Assembly (NCBI GenBank): GCA_963702425.1
Contig: CAVPCQ010000018.1
Location: 32,001 to 96,000, forward strand
Length of the DNA stretch: 64,000 nt
Reading direction: 5' to 3'
Source: an uncultured Acidobacteriota bacterium
GTDB lineage: Bacteria > Acidobacteriota > Polarisedimenticolia > J045
Below the pieces are notes generated by a model, which did no database searches, had not been told where the DNA came from, and saw only the letters and a list, made by a program, of their open reading frames with translations. The first letter of the stretch is position 1; each line of letters opens with the position of its first letter. This document shows positions 19,958 to 29,098 of this stretch, piece after piece. The position numbers were made by a program, and so were the translations under genes.

Positions 19958-21385
19958 ATGCAGCGCTTTTTCGCGCCCATGACTCGCCATCCGCTGAGCC
20001 TGGCGGGTGCGGCGCTGACGACCGCATCCGCGGTCCTGATCCTGAGCGTCTTCCTGCTCCAGCTCGCCGGATTCGAGGGGGGGCCCTACAGCGGGATCCT
20101 CGCCTACCTGGTCCTGCCGGGGTTCTTCGTCTTCGGCCTGCTGCTGATCCCGATCGGGTTGCGGCTGCAGCGCCGGCGGGAAGCGATCGCCGCCGCCGGC
20201 GGCGCGCCGGTGAAGAACCTGCCGGTCATCGATCTCAACGTGCCGCGCACGCGGCAGTTCTTCCTGACCTTCCTGGGGCTCACGGTCGCCAACGTCCTGA
20301 TCCTCGGGCTCGTCGGCTACAAGGGCGTGGAGGTCCTCGACTCGACCCCCTTCTGCGGGCAGGCCTGCCACTCCGTCATGGACCCCGAGTTCACGGCCTA
20401 CAGCCGCTCTCCGCACGCGCGCGTCGGCTGCGTCGACTGCCACATCGGCCCCGGCGCGGACTGGTTCGTGAAGTCGAAGCTGTCGGGTGCCTGGCAGGTC
20501 GTGTCGGTCAACCTCAACCTCTACCCCCGGCCGATCCCGACCCCGGTCCACAATCTCCGCCCCGCGCGCGAGACGTGCGAGCAGTGCCACTGGCCCGAGA
20601 AGTTCGTCGGCGACCGGCTGCGCGTACGCACCCACTACGACGAGGACGAGGCCAACACCGAGAAGAAGACCGTGCTCCTGGTCAAGGTCGGCGGGCTCAA
20701 GCGCGAGGAGGGGATCGCCGGCACGATCTCGCAGGGGATCCACTGGCACATCGACAAGAACATCCAGATCCGCTACCTCTCCGACGAGTCGCGTCAGAAC
20801 GTCTACGCGGTGGAACTCAAGCGCGCCGACGGGACGGTCGAGAGCTACGCCCGCGACAAGAAGCCCGAGGCCGGCGAGAAGACCGAGTGGCGCACGATGG
20901 ACTGCGTCGACTGCCACAACCGTCCGACGCACATCTACCGCCTGCCGCAGAACGAGATCGACGGCGCGCTCGATGTCGGCCGGATCGACCGCTCGCTGCC
21001 GTTCATCAAGCGTGAGGGGATGAAGGCGCTGAAGGTCGAGTACTCCTCGCACGAAGCGGCGAAGGCCGGGATCACGGCCCAGATCAGCGAGTTCTACGCG
21101 AAGAACTACCCGGAGGCCGCCCGGGAGAAGAAGGTGGCAGTCGAGGCCGCCGGCGCGGAGCTGGGCCACATCTACAGCGTCAACGTCTTCCCGTCGATGA
21201 ACATCCAGTGGGGGACCTATCCCAACCACCTCGGCCACCAGGACTTCCCGGGCTGCTTCCGCTGCCACGACGACGAGCTGAAGTCGGCCAGCGGCAAGAA
21301 GATCGAGCAGGACTGCACGCAGTGCCACTCGCTGCTGGCGATGGAGGAGGCGAACCCCGAGATCCTCGCGCAGCTGAACCCGTAG
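19958..21385 (+). CDS. NapC/NirT-like membrane-anchored multiheme cytochrome c
   Basis: Three N-terminal TM helices; CGQACH plus CVDCH, CEQCH, CVDCH, CFRCH, CTQCH; GGAG RBS. Confidence 0.9.
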   Translation: MQRFFAPMTRHPLSLAGAALTTASAVLILSVFLLQLAGFEGGPYSGILAYLVLPGFFVFGLLLIPIGLRLQRRREAIAAAGGAPVKNLPVIDLNVPRTRQFFLTFLGLTVANVLILGLVGYKGVEVLDSTPFCGQACHSVMDPEFTAYSRSPHARVGCVDCHIGPGADWFVKSKLSGAWQVVSVNLNLYPRPIPTPVHNLRPARETCEQCHWPEKFVGDRLRVRTHYDEDEANTEKKTVLLVKVGGLKREEGIAGTISQGIHWHIDKNIQIRYLSDESRQNVYAVELKRADGTVESYARDKKPEAGEKTEWRTMDCVDCHNRPTHIYRLPQNEIDGALDVGRIDRSLPFIKREGMKALKVEYSSHEAAKAGITAQISEFYAKNYPEAAREKKVAVEAAGAELGHIYSVNVFPSMNIQWGTYPNHLGHQDFPGCFRCHDDELKSASGKKIEQDCTQCHSLLAMEEANPEILAQLNP

Positions 21386-21548
21386 GGGCCGCCCTCTGTG
21401 GCGGCCCGAAAAAAGCGCAACCGGTAGGGGCCGCCCTCTGTGGCGGCCCGAAAGAAGCGCGCCATGCGGGCTGAACCCGCAGGGGCCGCCCTCCGTGGCG
21501 GCCCGAAAGAAACGCGTCGTGCGGGCCGGCACGGAGGCCGGCCCCTAC
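21382..21548. repeat. GTAG-type REP cluster 3 (three direct units and one inverted)
   Basis: Units at 21382, 21424, 21479 (GCAG variant) and an inverted unit at 21523-21548. Confidence 0.9.
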
Positions 21549-22294
21549 TCTTCTTCGGGGATCCGCTCCGGCATCCCTTCCACCCGCACCCAGTCGCTCT
21601 GCTCCGGCAGGTGCGGCTTGCCGGCGAAGTCGATGAAGTGGCCGGAACGGTTGGCCTTGGTCTGCAGGTAGAAGAGGTTGTGCGGGTTGGAGGGGAGGAT
21701 GTGCGGCACCCGTCCGCTGACCGTGACGCCGTACTCCCGCAACTGGTCGACCTTCCGCGGGTTGTTGGTCATCAGCTGGATCGACTTCGCTCCCAGGCTG
21801 TCGATCATGTGGGCGGCGATCGCGTAGTCGCGCTCGTCGTCGCGGAAGCCGAGCGCGAGGTTGGCCTCGACGGTGTCGAGCCCCCGGTCCTGCAGCGCGT
21901 AGGCGCGGATCTTGTTGATCAGGCCGATCCCGCGGCCCTCCTGGCGCATGTACAGCACGATCCCGTGCGGCAGCTCGCCCACGCGGCGCAGCGCGGCTTC
22001 GAGTTGGTCGCGGCAGTCGCAACGCAGCGAGCCCAGCGCGTCGCCGGTCAGGCACTCGGAGTGCAGGCGGCAGGGCACGTTCTCCTGCGCGCGGACGTCG
22101 CCCCGGAGGATCGCGACGTGCTCCTTGCTGTCGCGGTTGTTCCAGAAGGCGACGATCGAGAAGTCCCCGAAGCGGGTCGGCAGGTCGGCGACGCCGACGA
22201 TCCGGACGCACAGGCGCTCGGGGCCGTACCCCGGGCATTCGTGGTCGCGATCGCGCTCGACGAGCTGCTGCAGTTCCGCGGTGACGGAGGTCAT
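21545..22294 (-). CDS. ribA: GTP cyclohydrolase II
   Basis: LPTRFGDF, RLHSECLTGDALGSLRCDC, YMRQEGRGIGLINKIRAY, LMTNNPRK; ATG overlaps the upstream stop (ATGA). Confidence 0.93.
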   Translation of the reverse strand: MTSVTAELQQLVERDRDHECPGYGPERLCVRIVGVADLPTRFGDFSIVAFWNNRDSKEHVAILRGDVRAQENVPCRLHSECLTGDALGSLRCDCRDQLEAALRRVGELPHGIVLYMRQEGRGIGLINKIRAYALQDRGLDTVEANLALGFRDDERDYAIAAHMIDSLGAKSIQLMTNNPRKVDQLREYGVTVSGRVPHILPSNPHNLFYLQTKANRSGHFIDFAGKPHLPEQSDWVRVEGMPERIPEEE

Positions 22295-23331
22295 GCCGTG
22301 TCCTCTTGGATCCGGTCGGCCAGGCGCCGGCCGGAAAGGTACGCCGCTTCGACGCCGCCGCCGGGAGCGAAGAGCTCGCCGGCGAGCCCGAGCCGCGCGC
22401 CGCCGGGGAAGCCGACGAGCAGCGGGTTCGACAGCTCGGAGCCGCGATCGACGCGCGCGTAGCGCCAGCGGTGCGTCTGGTGCCAGACGGGACGCACGGC
22501 CCATTCGCCGCACAGCCGACCCGCCTCCTCCAGCATCTCGGCGGCCCACCGCGCCGAGTCCGCCTCGAGCCGCTCGCGCGACCAGCCCGGGCGCGCCTGG
22601 TAGACCATGACGCACTGGGTCGGCGCTGCGCGCTTCGCCGAGTCGTGCGCGATCAACTGCATCACGCGCGACGACTCGGGGTAGCAGAGATCGAACCGCG
22701 TCGCGTCGCCCATGCCCTGCGGATACCCCGCCATGACCGTCAGGCAGGGGAGCGTTCCCAGCATCGCAAGCAGCGCGCGGACGCCGTCCAGCCCCGCGAT
22801 GCCGGCCGGCAGCGTCGCCAGCAGATCCCGCGCCTGCTCGAGCGGCAGCGCCAGGACGACCGTCTCCGCGTCGAGCCGGCCGCCGTCCTCCAGCTCGAGC
22901 CCGAGCCGCGTCCCCGCCAGCGCGAGCGAGGTCACGCGGGTCTGCAGCCGGATACGCAGGTTGCGCGCCAGGTGCTTGGGGAAGGCGCTCGCCCCCTCGG
23001 CAAAGGCGACGCGGCGTTCGCCCGGCGCGAAGGCGTCGGGCTGGCACGGGCTCCCGCTGCCGATCACCGCGGCGGGCCAGCCCTCGAGCGCCGTTCCGGC
23101 CCCGTCGGCGGCAACGGCGTCGAGCGCGGCGAGAAAAGTGGGGTCCCGGCCGTGCAGGAACGCGATGCCGTGATCGACCGGCTGTCCCTCCACCCGGCGC
23201 GTGGCGCAGCGCCCGCCGACGCCCCGGGCCTTGTCGATCACGAGGACGTCGTGCCCGGTCAGCGCGAGGCTCCGCGCGCACTCGAGCCCGGCAACGCCCG
23301 CACCGACGATGACGACGGGACCGCCCAGCAG
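22291..23331 (-). CDS. FAD/NAD(P)-dependent oxidoreductase (renalase-like)
   Basis: VVIVGAGVAG Rossmann motif, DKARGVGGRCATRR, DHG, HRWRYA, LAGE..VEAAYLSG; start uncertain (candidate CTG at 23331 after GGAGG). Confidence 0.85.
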   Translation of the reverse strand: MLGGPVVIVGAGVAGLECARSLALTGHDVLVIDKARGVGGRCATRRVEGQPVDHGIAFLHGRDPTFLAALDAVAADGAGTALEGWPAAVIGSGSPCQPDAFAPGERRVAFAEGASAFPKHLARNLRIRLQTRVTSLALAGTRLGLELEDGGRLDAETVVLALPLEQARDLLATLPAGIAGLDGVRALLAMLGTLPCLTVMAGYPQGMGDATRFDLCYPESSRVMQLIAHDSAKRAAPTQCVMVYQARPGWSRERLEADSARWAAEMLEEAGRLCGEWAVRPVWHQTHRWRYARVDRGSELSNPLLVGFPGGARLGLAGELFAPGGGVEAAYLSGRRLADRIQEDTA

Positions 23332-23356
23332 GACCCACCTCCCGGAAGCGGCCAGT

Positions 23357-24487
23357 CTATGCCCCGGTCGCGTCGCCCGCCCAGCCGGCGGCGGGTGCCG
23401 GTGGCACCGGCGGCGGCGGTCCGGGTGCCGCGGGTCGTTCCGGCGGCGTTCCGTCCGGGTTCCAGTCCGGCAGCGCCGGGTCGAGCGCACGCACGAAGGC
23501 GTAGGACCAGGCGCGGAAGAGCAGCGGGATCGGCACGGTCACGGTGGAGAGGATCCAGGCGGCCATGAAGAACGCGGCGAGCGCGATCGGGGCCAGGATC
23601 ACGGCCGAGGCCGGGAAGCTGGCGACGATCAGTGCCGCCACGACCCCGACCGCGGCCGGCCAGATCCAGAGACAGCAGCTGAAACAGGTGGCGAACGTGA
23701 TCGCGAGGATCGCGACGAGGCCGACCAGGACCCGCATCAGGAGAAAGAAGAGCGACGGGCCGAGGCGCGAAAAGAACAACCGGAGGGCACGGGCGAAGCA
23801 GGTCCAGAAGCCGGCTCCGGACGTCCACGCCAGGGGGACGACGAAATCGTGCGCGAACCACTCGGTCAACCCGAGCGAGACGCCGACCGGGAGCCCGTAG
23901 GCGATGGAGAAGAGGACCGGAAGCGCAAGGTCTCCGGCTTCGGGGCTCCACCCGCTCATCACGTCGCGGAGGATCGGCCACCAGATGACGGCCAGCGGCA
24001 GCAGCAGGACGATGGCCGCGAGCGCGAGCAGCAGCTCGAAGCCGAAGTAGGCCAGGCCGGGGCCGGCCGTGCGCGCGAACACGCCCCTGATCCGCGGCGC
24101 TCCGGAGAGCACGCCGTCGAGCAGGACGAAGCGGAAGCGGCAGCGCAGGTAGAGCAGGAACAGCCCGAGCAGGACCGCGAGGCCGAGCAGCGTCGCGATC
24201 AGCGGCACGGTCCAGGCGATCTTCGCGAAGGCCGAGAACGGATCGGCAGGCAGACCGCTCGCCGCCGCCGCGCGGGAGCCGGAGCGGAGGAGATCGGGAT
24301 CTCTCCAGCTTCCGCCGGTCCCGTAGTGGTTGCCCAGCCCGCCCGCCAGCAGCGCGAGCAAGCCCCACCAGAGCCAGTTCTCCAGCCGCGCCTCTCGGCC
24401 GTGGAAGAGCAGCCAGGTCATCCGCCGCCAGCCGGAGGAGAGGGCGTCGATGACGGGGGCGAGGGGATCAGAGGTCGGAGCGCTCAT
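23357..24487 (-). CDS. Hypothetical multi-pass membrane protein
   Basis: GGAGG RBS before ATG 24487; several hydrophobic helices, a CFSCCLW motif and a Pro-rich tail. Confidence 0.75.
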   Translation of the reverse strand: MSAPTSDPLAPVIDALSSGWRRMTWLLFHGREARLENWLWWGLLALLAGGLGNHYGTGGSWRDPDLLRSGSRAAAASGLPADPFSAFAKIAWTVPLIATLLGLAVLLGLFLLYLRCRFRFVLLDGVLSGAPRIRGVFARTAGPGLAYFGFELLLALAAIVLLLPLAVIWWPILRDVMSGWSPEAGDLALPVLFSIAYGLPVGVSLGLTEWFAHDFVVPLAWTSGAGFWTCFARALRLFFSRLGPSLFFLLMRVLVGLVAILAITFATCFSCCLWIWPAAVGVVAALIVASFPASAVILAPIALAAFFMAAWILSTVTVPIPLLFRAWSYAFVRALDPALPDWNPDGTPPERPAAPGPPPPVPPAPAAGWAGDATGA

Positions 24488-24622
24488 CGAGGCCTCCTCG
24501 GCGCGGACGCGGCCGAGATCGCGGAGAATGATAGGGCTGGCCGCCGGGGACACAGGCGCCGCTCGCAGCCCGGCGGGAGCCGTCCGGGCTGGCGCGGCGC
24601 TCGGCCGGCCGCTGGAGAGCGC

Positions 24623-25033
24623 ATGGCGCGACGGACAGGGGCGCGGGGCGGGCCGGGCGCGAGGGTGCACGCGGAGGTGCCGGCTGCCCGCGGCGGGGCT
24701 TTTGCCGCGATCTACGCCCTGGTCCGCCGCATTCCGCGGGGGCGGGTGATGACCTACGGCCAGATCGCGACCCTGCTCGGGAACCGGCTCTCGCCGCGCG
24801 CGGTCGGCTGGGCGATGCACGGCTGCCCGCCGGGGGTCCCGTGGCAGCGCGTGGTCAACGCCGCGGGCGGCTGCTCCACCGAGCGGATGCCCGACGTTCC
24901 GCCGGGCCTGCAGCGCGCGCTGCTCGAGGCCGAAGGAGTACGCTTCAAGCCGAACGGGACGCTCGAGCTGGAGCGCACCCGCTGGTCGCCGCCGGTGGCG
25001 CGGGGCCGGTCCCGGCGAGGGGAGGAAGCGTGA
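24623..25033 (+). CDS. Alkyltransferase-like (ATL/MGMT-family) DNA-binding protein
   Basis: IPRGRVMTYGQIA, RAVGWAM, PWQRVVN (Trp in place of the catalytic Cys of PCHRV). Confidence 0.88.
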   Translation: MARRTGARGGPGARVHAEVPAARGGAFAAIYALVRRIPRGRVMTYGQIATLLGNRLSPRAVGWAMHGCPPGVPWQRVVNAAGGCSTERMPDVPPGLQRALLEAEGVRFKPNGTLELERTRWSPPVARGRSRRGEEA

Positions 25034-26358
25034 GCGCGGAGACCTGGCTGCCGCTCCTGCTCGTTGCGCTCGGTGCGATGGCCTTCGGTGCCGCGGCGGC
25101 GTGGCTGGTGACGCGAGCCCGTCTCGCCACCCTCGCGGTCCAGCTCGAGGAACGCGACCGCGCCGCCGCCGCGCGCGAGACGCTGCTGGCGGACTCCGAG
25201 AGTGCGCTGCGCCAGACCTTCGAAGCGCTCGCGGCCCAAGCCCTGCGCCACAACAACCAGTCGTTCCTCGAGCTGGCCGCGTCGCGCTTCGGCGAACTGA
25301 AGGCCGACGCGGGCCAGGAGCTCGAGGCCCGCCGCCAGGCCGTCGAGCAGCTCGTGAAGCCGATCCGGGAGGCGCTGACCGGGATCGACGGCGAGCTGAA
25401 GAAGGCCGAGTCGCTGCGCCTGCAGGGGACCGCCCGCCTCGACGAGCAGCTCAGGATGATCGCCGGCGCGCACGGCGACCTGAAGGCCGAGACGCAGCGG
25501 CTGGTCCGTGCGCTCCGGGCGCCCGACGTGCGCGGCCGCTGGGGCGAAATTCAGCTCCAGCGCGTGGTCGAGATGGCGGGGATGCTCGAGTACTGCGATT
25601 TCGTCCAGCAGGAGACCCGCGACGGGGACGAGGGCCGGCTGCGGCCCGACCTCGTCGTGCGGCTGCCGGGCGGGAAGAGCATCATCGTCGACGCCAAGAC
25701 GCCGCTCGTCGGCTACCTCGCCGCGGCGGAGGCGACCGACGACGCGACGCGCGACGACCGGCTGCGCGAGCACGCGGGGCACGTCCGCGCTCACCTGCGC
25801 AAGCTGGGCGAGAAGGCGTACTGGAGCCAGTTCAAGGCGGCGCCCGAGTTCGTCGTGATGTTCCTGCCCGGCGAAGCCTTCTTCGCCGAGGCGCTGCGGC
25901 ACGATCCCGGGCTGATCGAGTACGGCGTGGAGTCGCACGTCATCCCGGCCAGCCCGATCACGCTGATCGCGCTGCTCCGCGCCGTCGCCTACGGCTGGCA
26001 GCAGGAGCGGATGGCCGAGAACGCCGAGCGCGTCAGCGAGCTCGGGCGCGAGCTCTACAAGCGCCTGAACCTGCTGGTCGAGAAGTTTGCAGCGGTCGGC
26101 CGCAACCTCGGCCAGGCGGTGCAGGCGTACAACGAGGCGGTCGGGTCGCTCGAGTCGCGCTACCTGCCCCAGGCGCGGAAGTTCCGGGAGCTCGGCGTCA
26201 GCACCGCGGAGGAGCTGCCGGTGCTGGAGCCCGTGACCCGCGCCCCGCGCCCGCTGGCGGTCGAGCCCGAGCCCGACGCCGACGCCGGGGTTTCCGAGGA
26301 GGTGGCCGCGCTCGCGGCCGAGGCCGACAATCCCGGGGAGAGAGAGGAAAAACGATGA
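25030..26358 (+). CDS. rmuC: DNA recombination protein RmuC
   Basis: N-terminal TM helix, coiled coil, RGRWGEIQL, RPDLVVRLP, IVDAKTP, FVVMFLPGE, SPITLIALL. Confidence 0.93.
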   Translation: MSAETWLPLLLVALGAMAFGAAAAWLVTRARLATLAVQLEERDRAAAARETLLADSESALRQTFEALAAQALRHNNQSFLELAASRFGELKADAGQELEARRQAVEQLVKPIREALTGIDGELKKAESLRLQGTARLDEQLRMIAGAHGDLKAETQRLVRALRAPDVRGRWGEIQLQRVVEMAGMLEYCDFVQQETRDGDEGRLRPDLVVRLPGGKSIIVDAKTPLVGYLAAAEATDDATRDDRLREHAGHVRAHLRKLGEKAYWSQFKAAPEFVVMFLPGEAFFAEALRHDPGLIEYGVESHVIPASPITLIALLRAVAYGWQQERMAENAERVSELGRELYKRLNLLVEKFAAVGRNLGQAVQAYNEAVGSLESRYLPQARKFRELGVSTAEELPVLEPVTRAPRPLAVEPEPDADAGVSEEVAALAAEADNPGEREEKR

Positions 26359-27137
26359 ACTTCCGCACCGCATCGACCCTGCTCGCGAGCTTCCTGCTGG
26401 TTCCGATCGCGTCCGCGCAATCGAGCGGATTCGACAACAGCGCGCTGCAGTCCAAGGGCTACGATGACGGCACCCTGCAGTCCAAGATCGCGACCAAGCT
26501 CTCCCAGGATGCCGCGCTCCAGGACGACCGGCTGACGGTCGCCGTCTCGAACGGGGTGGTGACCGTCTCCGGCACCGTGGACACGCTGTGGGAGACGTGG
26601 AAGGCGCGCGACGACGCGGCAAGCATGTTCGGTGTCGTCGGCTTCGAGTCGCAGCTGGAGATCGAGGACAGAGGGGTGCCCGACTCGTCGCTCCAGAACG
26701 CGGTCGAGGACGCTCTGCGGCGCAATCTGCTGGCCAGCCCGCAGGTCGGCACGATCGAGGCCTCGGTGCAGAACGGCGTGGTGACCTTCACCGGCACGGT
26801 GAGGGACGCGCGCAAGCGCTACGACGCGCGCGACGCGGCAGGCAAGCAGCCCGGCGTCAAGCAGGTCGTCGACCAGCTGCAGTCGCCGGCCAGCACGGAC
26901 GACCTGATCCAGCAGTCCGTGGCCTCGATCCTCGCCGGCGGGACCGGGACGCCGATCAGCGGCGACATCCGGACTACGGTGGAGGACGGCGTCGTGACGC
27001 TCAGCGGGACGACCCTGCTCCTCTCCGGGATCTACGGCGCGGAAGAGCGCGTGATGGGAGTCAACGGCGTCACCGGCGTCGTCCTGCAGCTCACCGTGCA
27101 GCCGCCCTCGCGCGAGGTGAAGACCCTGAGGCCGTAG
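26355..27137 (+). CDS. Periplasmic multi-BON-domain protein
   Basis: Signal peptide from ATG 26355; three BON-like repeats (VSNGVVTVSGTV, VQNGVVTFTGTV, VEDGVVTLSG). Confidence 0.85.
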   Translation: MNFRTASTLLASFLLVPIASAQSSGFDNSALQSKGYDDGTLQSKIATKLSQDAALQDDRLTVAVSNGVVTVSGTVDTLWETWKARDDAASMFGVVGFESQLEIEDRGVPDSSLQNAVEDALRRNLLASPQVGTIEASVQNGVVTFTGTVRDARKRYDARDAAGKQPGVKQVVDQLQSPASTDDLIQQSVASILAGGTGTPISGDIRTTVEDGVVTLSGTTLLLSGIYGAEERVMGVNGVTGVVLQLTVQPPSREVKTLRP

Positions 27138-27140
27138 GCG

Positions 27141-27899
27141 GTGCGCCGGGGTCGAGAGGGTTGGCGCGCGCGGGACGCCACGGCACACGCGGCGCGCGTG
27201 GCCTGCGCGCTGTCGTGCCTGGCCGCGCTGCTCCCGGCCGTCGCGGCGCCGCCGAGCGACGCCGAGCTGGCCCGGGCGGTCGCGCAGCGCTTCGCCGGGG
27301 CGAAAGGGCTCAGCCGCGAATCGCTGCGCGTGAGCGTCACGGACGGCGTCGCGGCGATCAGCGGCATCGTCTCGGACCTCTACCGCAGCTGGCGGGCGCG
27401 TGAAGTCGCAGGCGGGGTCCGCGGGATCGTCGAAATCGTCGACCGGACGACCGTGCGCGGTGCCGGGCGCCCCGACGCCGAGATCCTCCCGGCGGTGCAG
27501 GACGCGCTGCGGCAGGGCAAGGAGACCGCACGCCTGGCGCTCACGGCGACCGCCGATGCCGGCGTCGTCACCCTGTCCGGTACGATCAACGACGGCCGGC
27601 GCCGCTTCGACGCGCGTGACGCCGCGGCGCGCGTTCCCGGCGTGGTCGCGGTCGTCGATCGGATCGAGACCCCGGCGTCGGACGGCGAGCGCATCCGGCA
27701 GTGGGCCATGGCACAGCTCGACGGATCGGTCGGCGAGGGGGTCGAAGGGAACTACGAAGTGGCGGTCGCCGGAAGCGTCGTCACGCTGCGCGGAACGGCG
27801 CCGACGGTGCGGGACAAGGACCGTGCGGGACGCACCGTGCTGGGCCTCAACGGCGTGACGGGGCTGGTGGACGCGGTCACGGTCGTGCCGGGCTCCTGA
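27141..27899 (+). CDS. Periplasmic multi-BON-domain protein (paralog)
   Basis: Signal-like N-terminus; VTDGVAAISG, ADAGVVTLSGTI, VAGSVVTLRG repeats. Confidence 0.8.
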   Translation: MRRGREGWRARDATAHAARVACALSCLAALLPAVAAPPSDAELARAVAQRFAGAKGLSRESLRVSVTDGVAAISGIVSDLYRSWRAREVAGGVRGIVEIVDRTTVRGAGRPDAEILPAVQDALRQGKETARLALTATADAGVVTLSGTINDGRRRFDARDAAARVPGVVAVVDRIETPASDGERIRQWAMAQLDGSVGEGVEGNYEVAVAGSVVTLRGTAPTVRDKDRAGRTVLGLNGVTGLVDAVTVVPGS

Positions 27900-27925
27900 G
27901 CCCGCCGGCCGCCCGTCGCGTCGGG

Positions 27926-29098
27926 TCAGGCCTCGCGCAGCGCGGCGGTGATCGGGACGCGCGAGGCGCGGATCGCCGGCAGCAGGCCCCCGATCACGCC
28001 CAGCACCAGCGCCACCATCATCCCGATCAGCATCCCGCGCGGCGTGATCTTGAACGCGAACGAGAGCTGGCTGAACGAGGCCCCGGCGGTGGCCGCGGTA
28101 TAGCCCTCGAAGGGGAGCGTGAACAGGATCCCCAGCACGCCGCCGAGGAGCGCCAGGAAGACCGATTCGACCATCACGCCGAGCAGGATCGACAGGCGCG
28201 AGAAGCCGAGCGCGCGGAGTGTCCCGATCTCGCGCGTCCGGGCGCCGACGATTCCGTACATCGTGTTGATCACGCCGAACGCCGCACCGATCCCCAGGAT
28301 CACGGTGACGAAGTAGCCCAGGAGCAGGAGCGCCGTCCCGACGCCGCCGGCCTGGGCCTCGTAGTAGGCCTGTTCCTGCTTCATCTCGACCTGGAACCGC
28401 GGGTCCTTCGCCAGACCGTCGGCGAAGGCGGTCAGGGAGGATGGGTCCTTCAGCCGCAGCGTGACCGACTGCCAGCCGCCGGTCCGGTTGAAGGCCTGTC
28501 GCATCAGGTCGGCGTCGCCCCAGATCTCGCTTTCGAAGCCCGAGCCGTCGGCGGAGAAGACCCCGACCACCGTCCAGGGGCGGCGCTGCAGCGTGATCGT
28601 GTCGCCGATCTCGAGCCCGTCGAACTGGTCGAGCAGCCGCTTGCCGACGACGATCTCGCCCAGCCCGGGGGTGAAGTTGCGCCCCGACTCGATCTCGATG
28701 CCGTGGCGCACGGCGAACGCCCGCGCCGTGACGCCGCGCACCAGGACGTTGATCGCCGAGCCGTCGCTCCGGCGCTTGAGGGACGCGACGACGACCATCT
28801 CCGGGGAGGCGAGCGGCCGCCCGTCCGGTCCGCGCCGGACCCGGTCGTCGACCTCGATCAGGCTGGCGGCGTCGTTGCCGACGCCCGAGGTCAGCTCGGA
28901 GTTGGAGCCTTTCTGCACGACGATCGCGTTCTCGGGGATGCCGGTGGCCTTGAGCGTTGCGCGCAGCCCGGTGGACATCGCGACCAGCCAGCCCAGGACC
29001 CCGACCACGAGGCCGATGCCGAAGATCGCGAGCAGGCTGGTGCGCCAGCGCTGCAGCACGCTGCGCAGGTTGTAGGACCAGAGCAGCGAGAGCCTCAC
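27926..29098 (-). CDS. ABC transporter permease (MacB/FtsX family)
   Basis: GTG 29098 overlaps the upstream stop; RTREIGTLRALGFS, GGLLPAIRASR. Confidence 0.92.
   Translation of the reverse strand: MRLSLLWSYNLRSVLQRWRTSLLAIFGIGLVVGVLGWLVAMSTGLRATLKATGIPENAIVVQKGSNSELTSGVGNDAASLIEVDDRVRRGPDGRPLASPEMVVVASLKRRSDGSAINVLVRGVTARAFAVRHGIEIESGRNFTPGLGEIVVGKRLLDQFDGLEIGDTITLQRRPWTVVGVFSADGSGFESEIWGDADLMRQAFNRTGGWQSVTLRLKDPSSLTAFADGLAKDPRFQVEMKQEQAYYEAQAGGVGTALLLLGYFVTVILGIGAAFGVINTMYGIVGARTREIGTLRALGFSRLSILLGVMVESVFLALLGGVLGILFTLPFEGYTAATAGASFSQLSFAFKITPRGMLIGMMVALVLGVIGGLLPAIRASRVPITAALREA

Noticed and set aside
21382-21548. Possible mini-CRISPR array
   Set aside because: Spacers are short, unequal and similar to each other, the last unit is inverted, the same repeat is dispersed at four loci, and there are no cas genes; it fits REP/BIME
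24623-25033. Active O6-methylguanine methyltransferase (ogt)
   Set aside because: PWQRV lacks the acceptor Cys, so it is ATL-type
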